A stretch of DNA of 64,000 nt from Bacillota bacterium (GCA_019428945.1 JAHYJM010000001.1:18267-82266); one strand, 5' to 3'. Numbered from the stretch's first letter, positions 35,495 through 46,841 are shown. The notes: generated from the sequence alone by a model not told the origin. Translations and numbers: made by a program.

Positions 35495-35513
35495 GGAACT
35501 TTAAATTATCATT

Positions 35514-35550
35514 AATAACCCGCTTTTTATCATAACGGGTTATTCTTTTA
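35514..35550 (+). terminator. Intrinsic terminator
   Basis: AATAACCCG...CGGGTTATT followed by CTTTT. Confidence 0.55.
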
Positions 35551-35627
35551 ACTTTTTTATGATTCACGTATAATAAAAGATAAGTTTAAATCATCTTTTA
35601 TTTGAGTTACATGAAAAGGACACCGAG

Positions 35628-36581
35628 ATGAAAAGCGATTTATATTGCCTGGTTGATATTGGCGGAACAAAAATCCTGATGCTTTTGATCGATGAAAATG
35701 GACGGGTTCTGTTTCGCGGTAAGAGAAGCACTCCAAAACCAACTCCCCCTGAATCTTTGATCGATACAGTAAAGACGATGCTGATTGATGCCAAAAGAGA
35801 AACAGGGAGCGCTGCTGATATAAAGCCATTGGGTCTGGGTATTTGTATTGCCGGCTTCATAGAATCAGAACAGGGAATCATTTATCAATCTCCAAATCTT
35901 GATTGGGTGAAACCTGTCCATTTTAGAAGTATGCTTGAATCGAACTTCTCCTGCCCGGTAATTATAGAAAATGATGCTAATGCCGCAGTGTTGGGAGAAG
36001 TGTACTATGGTGCAGCAAAAGGGCATGATAATGTCATCTACGTAACCATTAGCACCGGAATTGGCGGAGGCCTTTTTCTGAACGGCAGAATTTACCGCGG
36101 CAGCACTGGATTTGCAGGTGAAATCGGTCATATCAAACCCTTTGGGACAGGCAGAGTTTGCAAGTGTGGTGGTGACAACTGCCTGGAAATTTGGGCAGCG
36201 GGCAGTGCAATAGCGATGGCCGCTAAAACGTTGTGGGATGAAAATGATCCCGGTATAGGCCCGATCTCAACGGAGTGGGTTTTTGAACAGGCAGACCAGG
36301 GTAATGAAATTGCTCTCTCAATTATAAATGATGCCGCCCTGAAAACCGGCAGGGGTCTGGCAAACCTGGTTACCCTTCTTAACCCTTCTTGTATTGTGGT
36401 AGGAGGTGGAGTGGCAGCCGGAAGGCCGGATTACATGGAAAAGGTGAAAATACATATTTACAGCGAAGCGATCCCTCCATCTGTCAATATCACTAAAGTT
36501 GAACTGGTAGCTGCTGATCTGGAACCGGAAGCGGGAATCTGGGGGATATATGCTCTTTTAACCGGCCGGGCGGTGAGATAA
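35628..36581 (+). CDS. ROK family kinase (glucokinase-like)
   Basis: VDIGGTK, ENDANAA..GE, STGIGGG, AGEIGH, CKCGGDNCLE; no HTH. Confidence 0.9.
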   Translation: MKSDLYCLVDIGGTKILMLLIDENGRVLFRGKRSTPKPTPPESLIDTVKTMLIDAKRETGSAADIKPLGLGICIAGFIESEQGIIYQSPNLDWVKPVHFRSMLESNFSCPVIIENDANAAVLGEVYYGAAKGHDNVIYVTISTGIGGGLFLNGRIYRGSTGFAGEIGHIKPFGTGRVCKCGGDNCLEIWAAGSAIAMAAKTLWDENDPGIGPISTEWVFEQADQGNEIALSIINDAALKTGRGLANLVTLLNPSCIVVGGGVAAGRPDYMEKVKIHIYSEAIPPSVNITKVELVAADLEPEAGIWGIYALLTGRAVR

Positions 36582-36583
36582 AC

Positions 36584-37309
36584 TTGGAAAATGTAGAGCC
36601 CTTTGAATCAATTTTCGAGCTGACAGAAATGCTCATTGCCAAATACGGTGTTGTCGGTATTGCAGCAGCAATGTTTGCAGAAAGCGCCGGCGTACCATTT
36701 GCTTCAGCTATACTTCTTTTGACTTCAGGGACTTTGATCTTAAGAGGCACTGTATCCTTCTGGTCAATTTTTATTGCTTCCACAGTAGGAATCACCCTGG
36801 GGAGCATTTTTAGCTATTTCCTCGGGATGTTGGGCAGTATAGTGGGCAGAAAATTTAAATCAAATTATTATAGTCAAAACAATTATAGTAAACCCACAAA
36901 AGATGAATTCAAACAAACGCCTTCCAAGATAAAATACTTGTGGAAAAGATATGGTAACTTTTCAATCTTTATGGCGCAGTTGTGGGGAGTTACCCGCACT
37001 TTCATATCTTTTCCCGCAGGTGCGATGCAGATGAATTTTTATCTTTTTATAGCTTACACATTTCTGGGGGGTTCCATCTTCAGTCTTGCTGCAATTGGTC
37101 TTAGTATCGTTCTTACCGGAACGATGGGTGCAACGATCAAATTTCTCAGGACACTGGCCGGATTCTCGCCGTGGCTGTTAGCCATACCGGCCCTGATCGT
37201 TATAGCAATTATATATAACGTTTGTTACCAGCGTAAATTCAAACGAAAACCAGGCTTCATTAGTATTTTTAATCGATTTTGGAAGCGTATCAAAGGCAGG
37301 GACCGTTGA
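36584..37309 (+). CDS. DedA family membrane protein
   Basis: FAESAGVPF, LGS..SY..G, RTFISFPAG. Confidence 0.8.
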   Translation: MENVEPFESIFELTEMLIAKYGVVGIAAAMFAESAGVPFASAILLLTSGTLILRGTVSFWSIFIASTVGITLGSIFSYFLGMLGSIVGRKFKSNYYSQNNYSKPTKDEFKQTPSKIKYLWKRYGNFSIFMAQLWGVTRTFISFPAGAMQMNFYLFIAYTFLGGSIFSLAAIGLSIVLTGTMGATIKFLRTLAGFSPWLLAIPALIVIAIIYNVCYQRKFKRKPGFISIFNRFWKRIKGRDR

Positions 37310-37376
37310 TATATAATAGAAATAGTTTAGAAAAACGATTGCTTCTGATATTTTCTGAAAGGAATGATACCTATAG

Positions 37377-37607
37377 ATGGGAAAAGCCCGCTTCAACTTA
37401 AAAGTATATAATGAGAGGTGTAAAGACTGCGGTATCTGCTTTGAATTTTGCCCCAAGGATAATCTAAAACCCGGACCTGACGGCAGCCCGGTATTTATAG
37501 AACCCGATAATTGCACCGGCTGTAAATTATGCGAGTATTTATGTCCCGATTTTGCAATACAGGTTCAAAAAATCGATCAAAATGCCGGTAAAGAAAAGGA
37601 AGAATAA
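37377..37607 (+). CDS. 2x[4Fe-4S] ferredoxin (2-oxoacid oxidoreductase delta-like)
   Basis: CKDCGICFEFCP and CTGCKLCEYLCPDFAI. Confidence 0.85.
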   Translation: MGKARFNLKVYNERCKDCGICFEFCPKDNLKPGPDGSPVFIEPDNCTGCKLCEYLCPDFAIQVQKIDQNAGKEKEE

Positions 37608-37626
37608 GTTTTAGGAGTGTTTTTTA

Positions 37627-38994
37627 TTGAAACCCGAGCAATCTGCTAATTCTTACGCAATTGGTGAAGGCAAAAAATATCTGTTGATCACCTTTGGGTG
37701 TCAAATGAACGAACATGATTCTGAAGTAATCTGCTCAGTCCTCGAAAGCCTTGGCTATTCAGCTGTCCTTACTGCAGAAGAAGCCGATCTGATTATAATC
37801 AACACCTGTGCTGTCAGACAGAAACCAGAAGATAAAGTAACATCTCTGTTAGGTAAATATTATGCTCTTAAACAGGAAAACAAAGAACTGATCATTGCCG
37901 TTGGTGGCTGCATGACGCAGCAGGAAGAAGCTGCCCGTTATATCAGGGATCGCTTTCACCATGTAAATATTGTATTCGGCACTCATGCGCTGCCAAGACT
38001 ACCGCTTCTGTTAGAAGCAGCAATTAATTACAAGGGAACAATTATCGACATAGATGAAGACTACACCGGAAGAGAAGAACTTACCGCAGCCCACAGCAGT
38101 ACATTTAAGGCCTGGCTTCCCGTAATCTACGGCTGCAACAACTTCTGTTCATATTGTGTTGTTCCCCATGTACGCGGCCGGGAACGCAGCAGACACGGAG
38201 AAGACATTCTTAAGGAAGCAAAATCACTTGCGGCGCGGGGCTACCTTGAACTAACCCTGCTTGGCCAGAATGTAAACTCATACGGTCAGGATTTAGCCGG
38301 TGATTATACTTTTGCCGGTCTCCTTCGAGATATGAATTATGTAGAGGGACTCAAAAGAATCCGCTTCATGACATCGCATCCAAAAGATCTGTCGCCTGAA
38401 TTAATCGAGGCTGTTCGCAGCGGAGATAGCATCTGTGAGCACTTTCATCTCCCCGTTCAGTCAGGCAGCAACCGAATCCTGAAAAATATGAACCGCGGCT
38501 ACAGTCGTGAGCATTATATAAAGCTTGTAAATATGATCAAGGATTCAATTCCCGGCGTTTCTATTACTTCAGATATCATAGTGGGCTTTCCCGGCGAAAG
38601 TGAAGAGGATTTTCAGGCTACCCTGGATCTCCTGAAAACAGTAAGGTTCGACAATGCTTTTTCATTTATTTACTCTCCGCGAAAAAATACCACTGCCGCA
38701 GCTATGAGGGAACAGCTCAGCCACGGCGAAAAAGAAGAAAGACTGCAGCGTTTAAATGAAGTTCAGCACGCAATCAGCAGCGAGCTGAATCTGCAGTTGG
38801 AAGGCAGCACTGTTGAAGTTCTTGTTGAGGGCCCCAGTAAGAATAATATTGATATGCAAACCGGAAGAACCAGAACTAACAAGCTTGTACACTTTCCGGG
38901 ATCTTCTGATTTAACTGGAAAATTAGTCAATATCAATATCAGTGAAGCAAAAACCTGGAATCTGGCAGGAGTGCTTGAAGGAGAGAATAGTTGA
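37627..38994 (+). CDS. miaB: tRNA methylthiotransferase MiaB
   Basis: TFGCQMNEHDSE, NTCAVR, GCNNFCSYCVVP, RFMTSHP, TRAM domain. Confidence 0.95.
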   Translation: MKPEQSANSYAIGEGKKYLLITFGCQMNEHDSEVICSVLESLGYSAVLTAEEADLIIINTCAVRQKPEDKVTSLLGKYYALKQENKELIIAVGGCMTQQEEAARYIRDRFHHVNIVFGTHALPRLPLLLEAAINYKGTIIDIDEDYTGREELTAAHSSTFKAWLPVIYGCNNFCSYCVVPHVRGRERSRHGEDILKEAKSLAARGYLELTLLGQNVNSYGQDLAGDYTFAGLLRDMNYVEGLKRIRFMTSHPKDLSPELIEAVRSGDSICEHFHLPVQSGSNRILKNMNRGYSREHYIKLVNMIKDSIPGVSITSDIIVGFPGESEEDFQATLDLLKTVRFDNAFSFIYSPRKNTTAAAMREQLSHGEKEERLQRLNEVQHAISSELNLQLEGSTVEVLVEGPSKNNIDMQTGRTRTNKLVHFPGSSDLTGKLVNINISEAKTWNLAGVLEGENS

Positions 38995-41624
38995 ACCGGA
39001 CCAGCCCAATGATGGAGCAGTACAAAAAAATTAAAGAACAGCATCCTGATAAGCTGTTAATGTTTCAGGTGGGCGATTTTTATGAACTCTTTTTCGGCGA
39101 TGCCGAACTTGGTGCAAGAGAAATGGAAATTGCTCTGACCTCAAGAGGCATCGATAATGAAAATCCGATTCCATTGGCAGGCGTGCCGATCCATGCAGCT
39201 GACACATACTTAAATAAGCTTTTGGCCAAGGGTTTTAAAGTTGTTATATGTGACCAGGTAGAGAACTCTTCACAGGCAACAGGTTTAGTTCGTCGCGAAA
39301 TCACCAGGATTCTAACTCCGGGAACTATTACAGATCCGGAAATGCTGGATGAGGGACGCAATAATTATTTAATGGTAATTCTTCGCTCACAGGAAGAAAA
39401 ATATGGTTTAGCTGCGCTTGATATATCCACAGGTGATTTCAGGGTTACCGAATTTAAGGGAGACGATTCATATGATTTAATCCTTGATGAAATCAGGCGT
39501 CTTCAACCTTCAGAAATACTTTGCAGTTCCAGTGATCTTGAAAAATCTTTACGGACTACTTTAAACGCATTTAACAGCGCCCTGATCGAAACCCTGCCGG
39601 TTATACCCGATATTAAAGAGACAGAAGAACTGATTAAAAAACATTGGAATAACAATATTTGGGAAGCACTATCGCTGGACAGTTATCCCCTGGCCGCTTC
39701 TGCCGGCGCTGCCGCGCTAATTTATCTTGAACTTCTTCAGCAGCTTCCGCCGGCAGTCAATCATTTTCACAATATCGAACTTTATTTCAGCAAGAAAAAT
39801 ATGATCATTGACAGCATAACCAACCGTAACCTCGAACTGACTCAATCACTGCGAACCGGAGGCAGACAGGGCAGCCTGCTTGGACTTTCAGATCGCTGCA
39901 TGACTGGAATGGGCAGAAGACTGCTTAAACGCTGGATCGACCAGCCTCTACTTGACAAAAGCCAGATTGAAGAAAGATTTGATGCAGTTGAAGAACTTGT
40001 CGGAAAACCTATTCCGAGAAAAAATTTGCGCAAAAAACTTGATGATATTTTTGATCTGGAAAGATTTTGCAGCAGATTAACCTATCAACGTATTAACGCC
40101 AGGGACCTCGTTGCCTTAAAAAACACAATCAGGCTGATCCGGCCCCTGAAAGATATACTCTCGGAACTTAATGCCCCTAAACTGAAAAATATAAATGTCA
40201 ATCTTCCGCCATTTGAAGATTTGGCCTTAAAAATTGAATCAGCGCTGGTTAGCGATCCACCGATGACAATTAAAGAAGGCGGCTTGTTCAGAGAGGGTTA
40301 TCATGAAGAGGTAGACCGGTTGAACAAATTGTCAAGTGACAGTGGGAACCTGCTTTTGGAATATGAACAAAATGAACGCAGACGCACAGGTATAAAAACT
40401 CTGAAGGTAGGCTACAACCGCAATTTTGGTTACTTCATGGAAATTACCAAAACAAACCTGAATTATGTACCACCGGACTATAACCGCAAGCAAACACTGG
40501 TTAATGCTGAACGCTTTACAACAGAATATCTGCAGCAGATGGAAGAGCAGGTTACCGGAGCCAGGGACAAACTAGCCCAACTGGAATATAAACTATTTGA
40601 GGAGTTAAGGAATCATGTTTTATCATTTGCCGAAGATTTGCTTGACGCCGCATACCAGGTAGCTCTCCTTGACGTAATCCAGGGTTTAGCCGAAACAGCA
40701 GAAAACCATCACTACTGTCGCCCGGAATTTTCAGAAAACCGTGAAATGATCATAAAACAGGCCCGCCACCCTGTTGTAGAGCAGCTTGCCTGTGAAAGAT
40801 TCGTTCCCAATGATCTGATTATGAATAATCGCCATTTTCTTCTCTTAATTACCGGACCAAATATGGCAGGAAAAAGCACTTACATTCGCAGCGCCGCCCT
40901 GATTGCAATCATGGCTCAAATCGGTTCTTTCGTTCCGGCTGAATCAGCCTTAATGCCGCTTTTCGACAGGGTGTTTGCCCGGGTGGGCGCAAGTGACGAT
41001 CTAAGCAGTGGCCACAGCACTTTCATGGTTGAAATGCAGGAAACCGCGGTAATCCTAAAAGAAGCCACAATCGACAGCCTTGTAATCCTTGATGAAATAG
41101 GCAGGGGAACAAGCACATATGATGGTATGAGCATTGCCCGCGGGGTTATTGAATATATTTGTAATAAAGTAAAAGCAAAAACCCTTTTTTCAACCCATTA
41201 TCATGAACTGACCAGACTGGAAGGCGAGCTGTCCGGAGTCAGAAATTATACCATGGCAGTAAAAGAAAAGGGCAAAGAGGTAATTTTTCTGAGGCAGATA
41301 GTCCCCGGCAAAGCTGATAAAAGTTACGGGATTAATGTCGCCCGCCTGGCCGGAGTCCCGCCGGAAGTGCTCTTCAGGGCAGAAGCATATCTCTTTGAAC
41401 TTGAGCTGGCTGCATCCACAGCTGCCGAACAACAGTTAAGTTTACTTCCTATGGTTTCAGAGCCCCTCAGTGATCACAGATTTGAACTCGAACTAATCGA
41501 GCAAATCAGGGAGATCGATCTGAACAGGCTGACACCGTTGGAGGCAATGCAAAAACTATTTGAGCTGCAAAACAGGCTGCTTGCTGATGATAATAAGTTG
41601 GATATTGATAAAGAAGGGAAATAA
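38991..41624 (+). CDS. mutS: DNA mismatch repair protein MutS
   Basis: SPMMEQY, GDFYELF, TGPNMAGKSTY, STFMVEM, LDEIGRGTST, SYGINVARLAG. Confidence 0.97.
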   Translation: MNRTSPMMEQYKKIKEQHPDKLLMFQVGDFYELFFGDAELGAREMEIALTSRGIDNENPIPLAGVPIHAADTYLNKLLAKGFKVVICDQVENSSQATGLVRREITRILTPGTITDPEMLDEGRNNYLMVILRSQEEKYGLAALDISTGDFRVTEFKGDDSYDLILDEIRRLQPSEILCSSSDLEKSLRTTLNAFNSALIETLPVIPDIKETEELIKKHWNNNIWEALSLDSYPLAASAGAAALIYLELLQQLPPAVNHFHNIELYFSKKNMIIDSITNRNLELTQSLRTGGRQGSLLGLSDRCMTGMGRRLLKRWIDQPLLDKSQIEERFDAVEELVGKPIPRKNLRKKLDDIFDLERFCSRLTYQRINARDLVALKNTIRLIRPLKDILSELNAPKLKNINVNLPPFEDLALKIESALVSDPPMTIKEGGLFREGYHEEVDRLNKLSSDSGNLLLEYEQNERRRTGIKTLKVGYNRNFGYFMEITKTNLNYVPPDYNRKQTLVNAERFTTEYLQQMEEQVTGARDKLAQLEYKLFEELRNHVLSFAEDLLDAAYQVALLDVIQGLAETAENHHYCRPEFSENREMIIKQARHPVVEQLACERFVPNDLIMNNRHFLLLITGPNMAGKSTYIRSAALIAIMAQIGSFVPAESALMPLFDRVFARVGASDDLSSGHSTFMVEMQETAVILKEATIDSLVILDEIGRGTSTYDGMSIARGVIEYICNKVKAKTLFSTHYHELTRLEGELSGVRNYTMAVKEKGKEVIFLRQIVPGKADKSYGINVARLAGVPPEVLFRAEAYLFELELAASTAAEQQLSLLPMVSEPLSDHRFELELIEQIREIDLNRLTPLEAMQKLFELQNRLLADDNKLDIDKEGK

Positions 41625-41629
41625 TTCTC

Positions 41630-43420
41630 TTGGTAAAAATCAAAATTCTCGATAAAGATACGGCTGAACAGATTGCCGCCGGTGAAGTAATTGAAAACCC
41701 CTCCTCGGTAGTTAAGGAACTTGTTGAAAACGCCCTTGATGCCGGCTCAACGAGAATAGAGGTTGTCCTCGACGAGGGTGGTAAAAAGTTGATAACAGTT
41801 ACAGATAACGGTCATGGAATGGCACCTGCGGATCTCGCCCTTGCTTTTCAACGTTTTGCCACCAGTAAATTAAACAGCTTTGACGATCTCAGCAGGCTGA
41901 AAAGTCTTGGATTCAGGGGAGAAGCGCTGCCAAGTATAGCGGCGGTATCGAGAATTAAAGTTACTGCGAGAGCAGAAAATTCTATTTCAGCCTCAGCAAT
42001 AAGCCTTTCCGGTGGTAAAATAACGGAACAAATTGAAACCGGAGCCCCTTACGGCACCAGGGTGGAGGTATCTGACCTTTTCTATAATACACCAGGGCGC
42101 TTAAAATTTCTTCGCGCGGCTATGTTTGAGACATCAAGGATCAGTACGTTGCTGACAGAAATTGCTCTCGCTAATCCCGGTGTATCATTTGATCTGAAAA
42201 GCAAAGGGAGAACTCTTTTCCGCTCAGCCGGTGACGGAAACCTACTACATACCATCGGTTCTGTATATGGAAATGAAACAGCCGGGGAAATGCAGGAATT
42301 AAACCGAGTTGATAAAGAATCAGGTGCTTCTGTATCAGGTTACACCTCTGCTCCTCACACGACCAGATCATCAAGAAAATGGATTACAATCGTAGTTAAC
42401 GGACGCCTGATAAAAAATGCTATGCTTGTCAATGCAATTGAAAGAGCCTATGGGGATCTTCTGCCTGTAAGGCGCCACCCCATAACAATTTTGCATATTA
42501 ATCTGCCTCCCCACACAATTGATGTAAATGTTCATCCGGCAAAAACTGAAATCAGATTTGAGCACCCCGAAACAGCTAAAAACCTGGTTTACAAGGCAGT
42601 AAAAAACACCTTACAGAGTTCTTCAAATCTCCCTTCATGGCCGGAAAGCATTTCTGAATCAGGTTTTAAAAGCGCTGATCAGTTGGATCAGTTAAATATG
42701 ATCAGGGAAAGCAGTTTTTCCGGTATCCCCTTCAAATACGAATTGTTTTTGAAAAAGAACCGGGGAAGCGCGGAAGATATAGATTATCAACCTGAACCGG
42801 AGAGAGACTGCCCTGAAAGACTGAATGAAGCAGGCTCCTGCCGTTTAATCGGACAATACCTGAACAGTTACCTTGTTGTACAAAGGGATGATAACCTTCT
42901 GTTGATAGATCAACACGCTGCTCATGAAAGAGTAATTTATCACCGCCTGTCCACAGAGGATAATATAAAAGGCAAAACCGGTAGTTCACAGCTAACCATA
43001 CCTCTGACAATTGAACTGCCACCAAAGTGGCGCCAAAAAGCTTTGGATATTTTGCCTGATCTGAAAAATTTCGGCTTTGAAATAGAACCGCTTGGAGAAG
43101 ACAGCTATGTTGTAAGAGCTGTGCCTTTTATGCTAAAAAGCAACCCGGGCAGCTCAGAAATATACGATATGCTGGAAAAACTTTTCGAAACAGAAGAAAT
43201 AGATGAAGTTACAACAAAAGATATTGTAAGCAAAACTGTCGCCTGCCACCGTTCTGTTAAAGCAAAACAAAAACTGGCCTGGGAAGAAATGCTGGAACTG
43301 CTCAAAAACTGGGAGAAAACCCCTAATGCGCAGTATTGTCCACATGGAAGGCCTACCGTGATCAGTTTCGATCGCTCAAGGCTGGAAAAAGGCTTTCACC
43401 GCGGAGGTGAGCCGATTTGA
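41630..43420 (+). CDS. mutL: DNA mismatch repair endonuclease MutL
   Basis: IAAGEVIE, KELVENALDAG, LGFRGEAL, DVNVHPAK, DQHAAHER, CPHGRP. Confidence 0.97.
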   Translation: MVKIKILDKDTAEQIAAGEVIENPSSVVKELVENALDAGSTRIEVVLDEGGKKLITVTDNGHGMAPADLALAFQRFATSKLNSFDDLSRLKSLGFRGEALPSIAAVSRIKVTARAENSISASAISLSGGKITEQIETGAPYGTRVEVSDLFYNTPGRLKFLRAAMFETSRISTLLTEIALANPGVSFDLKSKGRTLFRSAGDGNLLHTIGSVYGNETAGEMQELNRVDKESGASVSGYTSAPHTTRSSRKWITIVVNGRLIKNAMLVNAIERAYGDLLPVRRHPITILHINLPPHTIDVNVHPAKTEIRFEHPETAKNLVYKAVKNTLQSSSNLPSWPESISESGFKSADQLDQLNMIRESSFSGIPFKYELFLKKNRGSAEDIDYQPEPERDCPERLNEAGSCRLIGQYLNSYLVVQRDDNLLLIDQHAAHERVIYHRLSTEDNIKGKTGSSQLTIPLTIELPPKWRQKALDILPDLKNFGFEIEPLGEDSYVVRAVPFMLKSNPGSSEIYDMLEKLFETEEIDEVTTKDIVSKTVACHRSVKAKQKLAWEEMLELLKNWEKTPNAQYCPHGRPTVISFDRSRLEKGFHRGGEPI

Positions 43421-44412
43421 TCCATACCGTTAAATCTATAAGCTCAATCCCCCTGGTAATTCTGGCAGGACCAACTGCCATCGGGAAATCAACCCTGGCA
43501 ATGAAGCTTGCAAAAAAACTTTACACAGATATTATTAGCGCTGATTCAGCTCAGGTTTACCGCGATCTTAATATAGGCACAGCCAAACCATCTGTAAAAG
43601 AACAGAAAGAGATAAAACATCACCTGCTTGATCTTATCAACCCTGATCAACAGTTCAGCGCTGCCGATTTTCAAAAAGCAGCAGGAGAAACGATACATAA
43701 TTTGTGGAACTCAGGCAAGCTGCCTCTGATGGTGGGAGGCACAGGTTTATACATCCGGGCAGTTACTGACTGCTATGCATTCGGTAAAAAGAGATCGTCG
43801 GCAGCATTAAGAGATTCACTGAATAAAGAAGCCGATCTGGTAGGTCTTGATCAGATCTATATAAAACTGAAAGAAGTTGATCCCGATGCAGCACTTAAAA
43901 TCCACCCAAACGACAGACGCAGGATTATCAGAGCTCTTGAAGTTTATAATCTTGAAGGGCGGCCTATTTCAAAGCAGGCAGCAGAAACAGAACCGGATAC
44001 ATCGCCATACGATTGTTATTTTTACTGCCTTACAATGGAGAGAGAAAAACTTTATAAACGCATAGAAAACCGGGTTGATACGATGATCGAGAAGGGTTTC
44101 CTCGACGAAGTTAAAACACTCAGACAGGATGGCTACAGCTGCGATACACCAGGGATGCAAATACTCGGCTATCGCCAGCTATGTAACTATCTTCAGGGAA
44201 ACGCAAGCTGGGATGAGACTGTCAGCGAAATTAAAAAAGAAACCAGAAATCTTGCCAAGAGGCAGCTCACATGGTTTCGCCGTCTTAAAAATATTAAATG
44301 GATAGAAATCAGCGGTGAAAAAGATTTTGAAAAGGAATTAAATGCTGCTTTAGAAATTATTTACGCTGAAGTGAAGGAACTTATACCATCACAGGCGAAT
44401 AATACTTTCTAA
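43417..44412 (+). CDS. miaA: tRNA dimethylallyltransferase
   Basis: GPTAIGKS, ISADS.QVY, IGTAKP, VGGTGLY, AKRQLTWF. Confidence 0.96.
   Translation: MIHTVKSISSIPLVILAGPTAIGKSTLAMKLAKKLYTDIISADSAQVYRDLNIGTAKPSVKEQKEIKHHLLDLINPDQQFSAADFQKAAGETIHNLWNSGKLPLMVGGTGLYIRAVTDCYAFGKKRSSAALRDSLNKEADLVGLDQIYIKLKEVDPDAALKIHPNDRRRIIRALEVYNLEGRPISKQAAETEPDTSPYDCYFYCLTMEREKLYKRIENRVDTMIEKGFLDEVKTLRQDGYSCDTPGMQILGYRQLCNYLQGNASWDETVSEIKKETRNLAKRQLTWFRRLKNIKWIEISGEKDFEKELNAALEIIYAEVKELIPSQANNTF
44373..44402 (+). promoter_or_regulatory. Putative sigma-H promoter of hfq (inside the miaA 3' end)
   Basis: GAAGGAACT-N12-GGCGAATAA. Confidence 0.5.
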
Positions 44413-44440
44413 AGCAACAGAAATGAAGGGAGCCAGATAG

Positions 44441-44713
44441 ATGAAAGGCATGATCAATTTACAGGATACTTTTCTTAACCAGGCTCGCAAAGAAAATATG
44501 TTAACCACAGTTTTCCTGATAAACGGCTATCAGATAAAAGGTGTTGTCCGCAGTTTTGATAATTTTACTATACTTCTTGAAGTGGAAGGTAAACAACAGT
44601 TGGTTTACAAACATGCTGTTTCGACGATCATTCCCATGCGCAATATCAACCTGAGAACATCTGACAACGATGATTCCGGCGATGATGAGGAATCCCCGGA
44701 AGAATCGCTTTAG
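44441..44713 (+). CDS. hfq: RNA chaperone Hfq
   Basis: [25 protein letters not shown]; miaA-hfq-hflX synteny. Confidence 0.97.
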   Translation: MKGMINLQDTFLNQARKENMLTTVFLINGYQIKGVVRSFDNFTILLEVEGKQQLVYKHAVSTIIPMRNINLRTSDNDDSGDDEESPEESL

Positions 44714-44737
44714 AACTATCCCATATTTCCTGAATAG

Positions 44738-44764
44738 AGACACTTAAGCAGAAGTGTCTTTTTT
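44738..44764 (+). terminator. Intrinsic terminator after hfq
   Basis: AGACACTT-aagcag-AAGTGTCT-TTTTT. Confidence 0.75.
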
Positions 44765-44821
44765 CTTATTACTTACTGATATAAACTTTTCAATAAAGAT
44801 ATGTAACGGAGATTAATTATT

Positions 44822-46093
44822 ATGGAGGATAACCTGATCAATAAGGAAAATGAAAAAGCAATCCTTGTCGGGCTCGATCTCGGAGCAGTGGGAGATGATT
44901 TTGAGCGGTCGTTGGAAGAACTCGCCCTGCTCGCTGATACAGCAGGCGCCGACGTTGTCGACCGCGTGGTTCAAAACCGTAACAGCCCTGACAAGACATA
45001 CTACATCGGCAAGGGTAAGGTGGAAGAGTTGGCTGCATCAATTAAAATGCGTGACGCCGACCTCGTTATTTTTAATGACGAGCTTTCACCATCACAGATT
45101 CGCAACCTGGACAGGATGATTGAAGCAAAGGTCATAGACAGGACAGCGCTTATATTAGATATTTTTGCCAGACGAGCTCTGTCAAAAGAGGGAAAGCACC
45201 AGGTAGAACTGGCCCAACTCCATTACCTGCTGCCACGCCTGATTGGTCTTGGCAATCAACTTTCCCGTCTCGGCGGAGGTATCGGCACCAGGGGGCCGGG
45301 AGAAACCCAGCTTGAAGTCGATAGAAGGGTTATCCGCAAAAGAATTAGCGATCTGAAAAAGGAAATTTTGCTGCTGCGCAAACACCGCAGCCTGCACCGT
45401 CAAAGGCGAAAGCGCAACCAGTGCCATGTAATATCACTTGTCGGCTATACAAACGCGGGGAAATCAACCCTTTTAAACGCTCTTACTGGTGCAGACCTTT
45501 ACACAGAAGATAAACTTTTTGCAACACTGGATCCCACAGTACGTCGCGGTTCTTTAAACGGGGGACAGGTAGCTTTATTTACAGATACCGTCGGTTTTAT
45601 TGAAAAGCTTCCCAAACAGCTTGTAACAGCATTTCAGGCCACTCTGGAAGAGATTGCCGCTGCCGATATACTGCTGCATGTGGTCGATATTAGTCACAAA
45701 GACCATTTGAGGCAGATAAGAGTTGTGCGTGAACATCTCAGTAAAATTGATCCTGATTACTATATGAGGGAGATTCTTGTTTTCAATAAAGTTGACAGGG
45801 TAGAAGAGGGCGCGGACACACTTTACCTGGCCAGAGAGTTTCCAAGTTCAGTATTTATTTCTGCTTTAGAAAATAAAGGGCTGGAAGAGCTGAAGGAACA
45901 GATTATCACTTTCATCCGCGAGCAGCGCTCTGCTATTCATATTTATCTACCTTATAGTGAGGGAAAGTTGTTATCACAACTGCAGGAGCAGGGAGATATA
46001 GCAAGCATTGAGTATAAACCTGATTACCTTGAAATTAAAGCTGCTGTAAATGCCGACCTGGCGCGAAAGTTCGATAATTATATCAAACCTTAA
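44822..46093 (+). CDS. hflX: GTPase HflX
   Basis: [42 protein letters not shown]. Confidence 0.96.
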   Translation: MEDNLINKENEKAILVGLDLGAVGDDFERSLEELALLADTAGADVVDRVVQNRNSPDKTYYIGKGKVEELAASIKMRDADLVIFNDELSPSQIRNLDRMIEAKVIDRTALILDIFARRALSKEGKHQVELAQLHYLLPRLIGLGNQLSRLGGGIGTRGPGETQLEVDRRVIRKRISDLKKEILLLRKHRSLHRQRRKRNQCHVISLVGYTNAGKSTLLNALTGADLYTEDKLFATLDPTVRRGSLNGGQVALFTDTVGFIEKLPKQLVTAFQATLEEIAAADILLHVVDISHKDHLRQIRVVREHLSKIDPDYYMREILVFNKVDRVEEGADTLYLAREFPSSVFISALENKGLEELKEQIITFIREQRSAIHIYLPYSEGKLLSQLQEQGDIASIEYKPDYLEIKAAVNADLARKFDNYIKP

Positions 46094-46157
46094 TTCAAGG
46101 CTGTCTCAAAGAATAAATTTGTGATCAGTATCTTCAGATCAAGAGGTGATAATAACA

Positions 46158-46188
46158 AAACCTGTCATACTTTAATCCTGACAGGTTT
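46158..46188. terminator. Probable bidirectional terminator between convergent hflX and lexA
   Basis: AAACCTGTCA...TGACAGGTTT. Confidence 0.65.
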
Positions 46189-46229
46189 CAATTATTTTAA
46201 TAGAGATAAGGGCTTCTGATAATTATAAC

Positions 46230-46841
46230 TTACTGGATTTTACGGAACAGGCCGATTACCTTACCTAAAATATCAACACTGCTTGTAATTATGGGCTCGT
46301 AGGCATCATTTTCCGGCTGCAGCCGATAACTGCCGCCATCCCGGTAAAATCGCTTTACCGTAGCTTCATCTTCAAGCAAAACAGCTACAATTTCACCGTC
46401 ATCAGCGGTATTCTGCTGCCTGATATAAACATAATCGCCATCATTGATTCCTGCGTTAATCATGCTCATTCCGGAAATCTGCAATACAAAACAATCTTCC
46501 TCAGATGCCAGATGGTCCGGTATGGGAAAATAACCTTCAAGGTTCTCCTCAGCAAGAACAGGAGATCCGGCAGTAATTCTGCCAATCATGGGAGCAAATG
46601 AACACTTCATTTCAGGATTGCCTTCAGGATCTCTTAACAGCTTGATTGCCCTCGGTTTTGTAGCCATCCTGGAGATATAACCTTTACTTTCAAGTATGTC
46701 GAGATATCCATGAACTGTGGCTGTAGAACTTATGCCGAGAGCTTTGCCGATTTCACGGACAGATGGCGGATAATTACAACGTGCTACTTCCTGTTCAATG
46801 AATTTCAGGACTCGTTTTTGTTTTTCCGTCAGCTGCTCCAA
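46230..46841 (-). CDS. lexA: SOS repressor LexA
   Basis: YPPSVREI, STATVH, GRITAGSP (Ala-Gly cleavage site), GMSM Ser, TVKRF Lys. Confidence 0.96.
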   Translation of the reverse strand: MEQLTEKQKRVLKFIEQEVARCNYPPSVREIGKALGISSTATVHGYLDILESKGYISRMATKPRAIKLLRDPEGNPEMKCSFAPMIGRITAGSPVLAEENLEGYFPIPDHLASEEDCFVLQISGMSMINAGINDGDYVYIRQQNTADDGEIVAVLLEDEATVKRFYRDGGSYRLQPENDAYEPIITSSVDILGKVIGLFRKIQ

